Source: an uncultured Victivallales bacterium (GTDB taxonomy: Bacteria; Verrucomicrobiota; Kiritimatiellia; UBA8416; CAZWPN01). Taken from it: DNA of 64,000 bases. The stretch is taken from positions 643-64,642 of the forward strand of contig CAZWPN010000005.1 of NCBI GenBank assembly GCA_964635275.1, in the 5' to 3' direction. Shown here piece after piece: positions 61,937-64,000 of this stretch. The notes below the pieces were generated by a model. It did no database searches. It was not told the DNA's origin and saw only the letters and a list, made by a program, of their open reading frames with translations. How positions within the stretch are numbered: position 1 is the stretch's first letter; each line of letters starts with the position of its first letter. Made by a program: the position numbers and the translations under genes.

Positions 61937-63001
61937 CTAGTTCCTGTCCCTTTGCATATCACACAAAACCTTGATCTCTTCCTCCGACAGTGCTCGCCTG
62001 TATATGCGCACCTCGTCCACCGTACCGTTGAAATACATGTCAGACCAGTCAATGAAGGGCTTCACGGCGGTGGTGCCGATCACCAGTTTGCTTGTGGGAT
62101 TGTCTACGAGCGGTTGTCCCGGTCGCCCGCCGCGTGCTTCTCCATCCAGGCTGCCGTTGACATAGAAACGCCCGACCTGTCCGTCATAGGTCATGCAGAC
62201 GTGATACCACTGCCCAAGAACCGGATACGGAGTGACCCCTGCCTGAAAGGTTCGCGTGGGTAGGGCCAGCGGTCCCACACCCCGGCCCCCCGTGTTCCAC
62301 TTCCCGCCATACTCGCCGCCTAACTGAATGCCAAACCCGCCCCCCCTTGTGCCGGCGACTTCGCCCCGGCCGATGAGGCTGCCGTAAGTGGTATACTGCT
62401 GAAACCGGCACCAGAGGGAAACGGTGATCTCCCGCCAGCCGTCGGTGTTCAATTCCTTGGCATCGGAAAGGATGTAACTGCCCGGGCCGGTGAACCGCGC
62501 GCCTTTCCCTTTACGCCCTGTCTCATACTGGACGGAGCCCACCGTGTAACCGTCATTTCCTCGTCCGCTGCTATCTTTGACCCCACCCGATTCGTCTTCG
62601 TCAAATGTGTAGTGCAGGACCAAACCCGCATCTCCACGGCTACCCGTGAAGGCGATACTGCGGCACTGCGTCAGCGGCACATCCACTCTTCCGAACAGAG
62701 TCTGCATCGGGAACGCGGGCAGATCCAGAACGCCCGTAAGCCGGTCGTTGTTCACGAACAGGACGACCGCAGTCTCTCGGTCCTCGTTGAACTGGACACT
62801 CCGGATTTGCCCAAGCGACATCTCGATCTTGCCGAGCGCACCAACGAAAGGGATAGACGTAGCCGTCGTGGTTCCGATCAGGCGCGAACCGTCGGCAAGA
62901 TCCATCGAAATGCGAACCTGTTCATTGCTCTTCTCCCCAGCCTGGGCAGCCAGAGCGATTCCGACCATAGCCGCCGCTATGCTCATCCTTTTGGTGTTCA
63001 T
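61937..63001 (-). CDS. Secreted LamG-like domain protein, paralog 3
   Basis: A divergent copy of the N-module ('ISMDLADGSRLIGTT...NEDRETAVVLFVNNDRLTGVLDL') plus a LamG_3 C-terminus ('GTVDEVRIYRRALSEEEI'). Confidence 0.7.
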   Translation of the reverse strand: MNTKRMSIAAAMVGIALAAQAGEKSNEQVRISMDLADGSRLIGTTTATSIPFVGALGKIEMSLGQIRSVQFNEDRETAVVLFVNNDRLTGVLDLPAFPMQTLFGRVDVPLTQCRSIAFTGSRGDAGLVLHYTFDEDESGGVKDSSGRGNDGYTVGSVQYETGRKGKGARFTGPGSYILSDAKELNTDGWREITVSLWCRFQQYTTYGSLIGRGEVAGTRGGGFGIQLGGEYGGKWNTGGRGVGPLALPTRTFQAGVTPYPVLGQWYHVCMTYDGQVGRFYVNGSLDGEARGGRPGQPLVDNPTSKLVIGTTAVKPFIDWSDMYFNGTVDEVRIYRRALSEEEIKVLCDMQRDRN

Positions 63002-63135
63002 GGCCTCTCCTTTGGTTTGCCCTTCGAAAACGGCAGTTACTATTAGGTACAGACGGCTGACCCAGCCGTCCGCGGACGCCTCGGTGAGGAGTCCCTACCT
63101 GGCGTCCATATTCATGGGAATCTTCAGTATGGGTG

Positions 63136-64000
63136 CTACTCCTCCGTCCGGTCGCTGAAGTCCGTCTTGGCGTAGTTCCAGATCTTGATGTTGTCGAAGG
63201 CGACGGTCCCGGATGCAAGTGCATGATGTTTCAACAAGCCGATTCTGCTGCCCTTCGGGAGGTCCAGGAAATGCGGGGCATTGCCAAAGATTCCGTGGGA
63301 TGAGTTAAGTTTGCCGTCAACAAAGACGGCTGCCTTGCGGGCGCCGTCTTCGATGCCGGGGATGCCTGCTGTATTCCACACCACGGCATAGTGATGCCAT
63401 TCGGCGATGTTCCCTCCGCCAATGGCGTTGGAATAGGTCCAAGATCCGAAATTGCCGGTCCCGATCCATGCCATGTTCGCTCGCAGGCATATACCGCCGT
63501 TTGCATTGCCGTCATTGGCGGCGAAAAACAGCACTTCGCCTTCGATCTTCTCGGAAGAGCCCCAGCCGATGAGGCCGGGCGCGGCACCACCTGGCAAACT
63601 GGTCGGGAAGTTGCTTATCTTGCACCAGAACTCGATGCAACCGGCGGGCGTCGCCAGCAGATCTGGTGGAAACGTGACACCGAACTGTTCCTGCATGTTC
63701 AGTTCAAGCCCCTGGCCGAAACGCCCGGGCACAAAACGACCGGCATTCAGCTTTCCGCCCGGTCCGACGCGGCTGTTCTTTACGTCGCTTTCCGACCCGA
63801 GCCGGTTCCACAACACCAACCCTTTCTGCCCTGTCCCGCCGCTCATCACGACGTCAAGCTGCTTGATATGCTCGGTGCCGATTGAGACCTGCCCGAAGAC
63901 GGTTGTCAGTTTGATTGGCTTCAGATTGATGACACCTTTAATCTTGTCGCCGTTCTGCAAATCGAAGCTTACGGTCTCGTGATCCTCTCCGATCCTTATG
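63136..64000 (-). CDS. Secreted LamG-like domain protein, paralog 4 (5' end outside the window)
   Basis: The frame stays open to the window edge and encodes '...IRIGEDHETVSFDLQNGDKIKGVINLKPIKLTTVFGQVSIGTEHIKQL', matching the paralog N-module. The listed 'M' is an in-frame TTG. Confidence 0.65.
   Translation of the reverse strand, partial: IRIGEDHETVSFDLQNGDKIKGVINLKPIKLTTVFGQVSIGTEHIKQLDVVMSGGTGQKGLVLWNRLGSESDVKNSRVGPGGKLNAGRFVPGRFGQGLELNMQEQFGVTFPPDLLATPAGCIEFWCKISNFPTSLPGGAAPGLIGWGSSEKIEGEVLFFAANDGNANGGICLRANMAWIGTGNFGSWTYSNAIGGGNIAEWHHYAVVWNTAGIPGIEDGARKAAVFVDGKLNSSHGIFGNAPHFLDLPKGSRIGLLKHHALASGTVAFDNIKIWNYAKTDFSDRTEE

Overview
This is a high-GC (~62%) bacterial chromosomal window that is densely coding on both strands. 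No rRNA, tRNA or CRISPR array was found. The lineage is uncertain but several features (DUF1559-like tail, many giant secreted repeat proteins, LamG paralog arrays, eukaryote-type glycogen branching enzyme) point towards the PVC superphylum or a related group (low confidence).

The first ~34 kb is housekeeping and envelope biogenesis:
- A GT9 heptosyltransferase, then the rod-shape cluster mreB-mreC-mreD-mrdA(PBP2)-rodA, followed by RNase G and lptD.
- An NAD-dependent sugar epimerase, a B-family DNA polymerase (Pol II-like), a lone GspG-type pseudopilin, a TPR protein, a GHMP-family sugar kinase and galU.
- On the minus strand: glycogen branching enzyme, glycogen synthase and a stand-alone CBM48 module, then a complete arnB-arnC-arnA-arnD-arnT lipid A aminoarabinose operon whose proteins are strikingly similar to the enterobacterial ones.
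- Then rpsA, tyrS, guaA and argS (minus strand).

The last ~30 kb is accessory-like and holds the most interesting content:
1. A Ras-like GTPase polarity module, MglA plus MglB (Roadblock/LC7). Directly upstream are a protein combining a GspE-N1-like domain, a degenerate (Asp->Ser) receiver and a DUF4388-type C-terminal domain, a second Roadblock-domain protein carrying a ComEA-like HhH domain, and a small hypothetical.
2. Two tandem, convergently oriented giant paralogous secreted beta-propeller-repeat proteins (1324 and 1414 aa) whose 5' ends are nearly identical at the DNA level.
3. A VapBC toxin-antitoxin pair.
4. A 647-aa secreted protein ending in a DUF1559-like domain but lacking the usual pilin-like N-terminus.
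5. A 2675-aa alpha-2-macroglobulin-like protein flanked by TPR arrays.
6. An array of at least 4 tandem secreted paralogs, each with a conserved novel ~100-aa N-terminal module plus a divergent LamG (Laminin_G_3) domain.

Two identical 22-nt hairpin (REP-like) elements lie in intergenic regions of this part. All functional calls rest on motif recognition by eye; no database searches were run.
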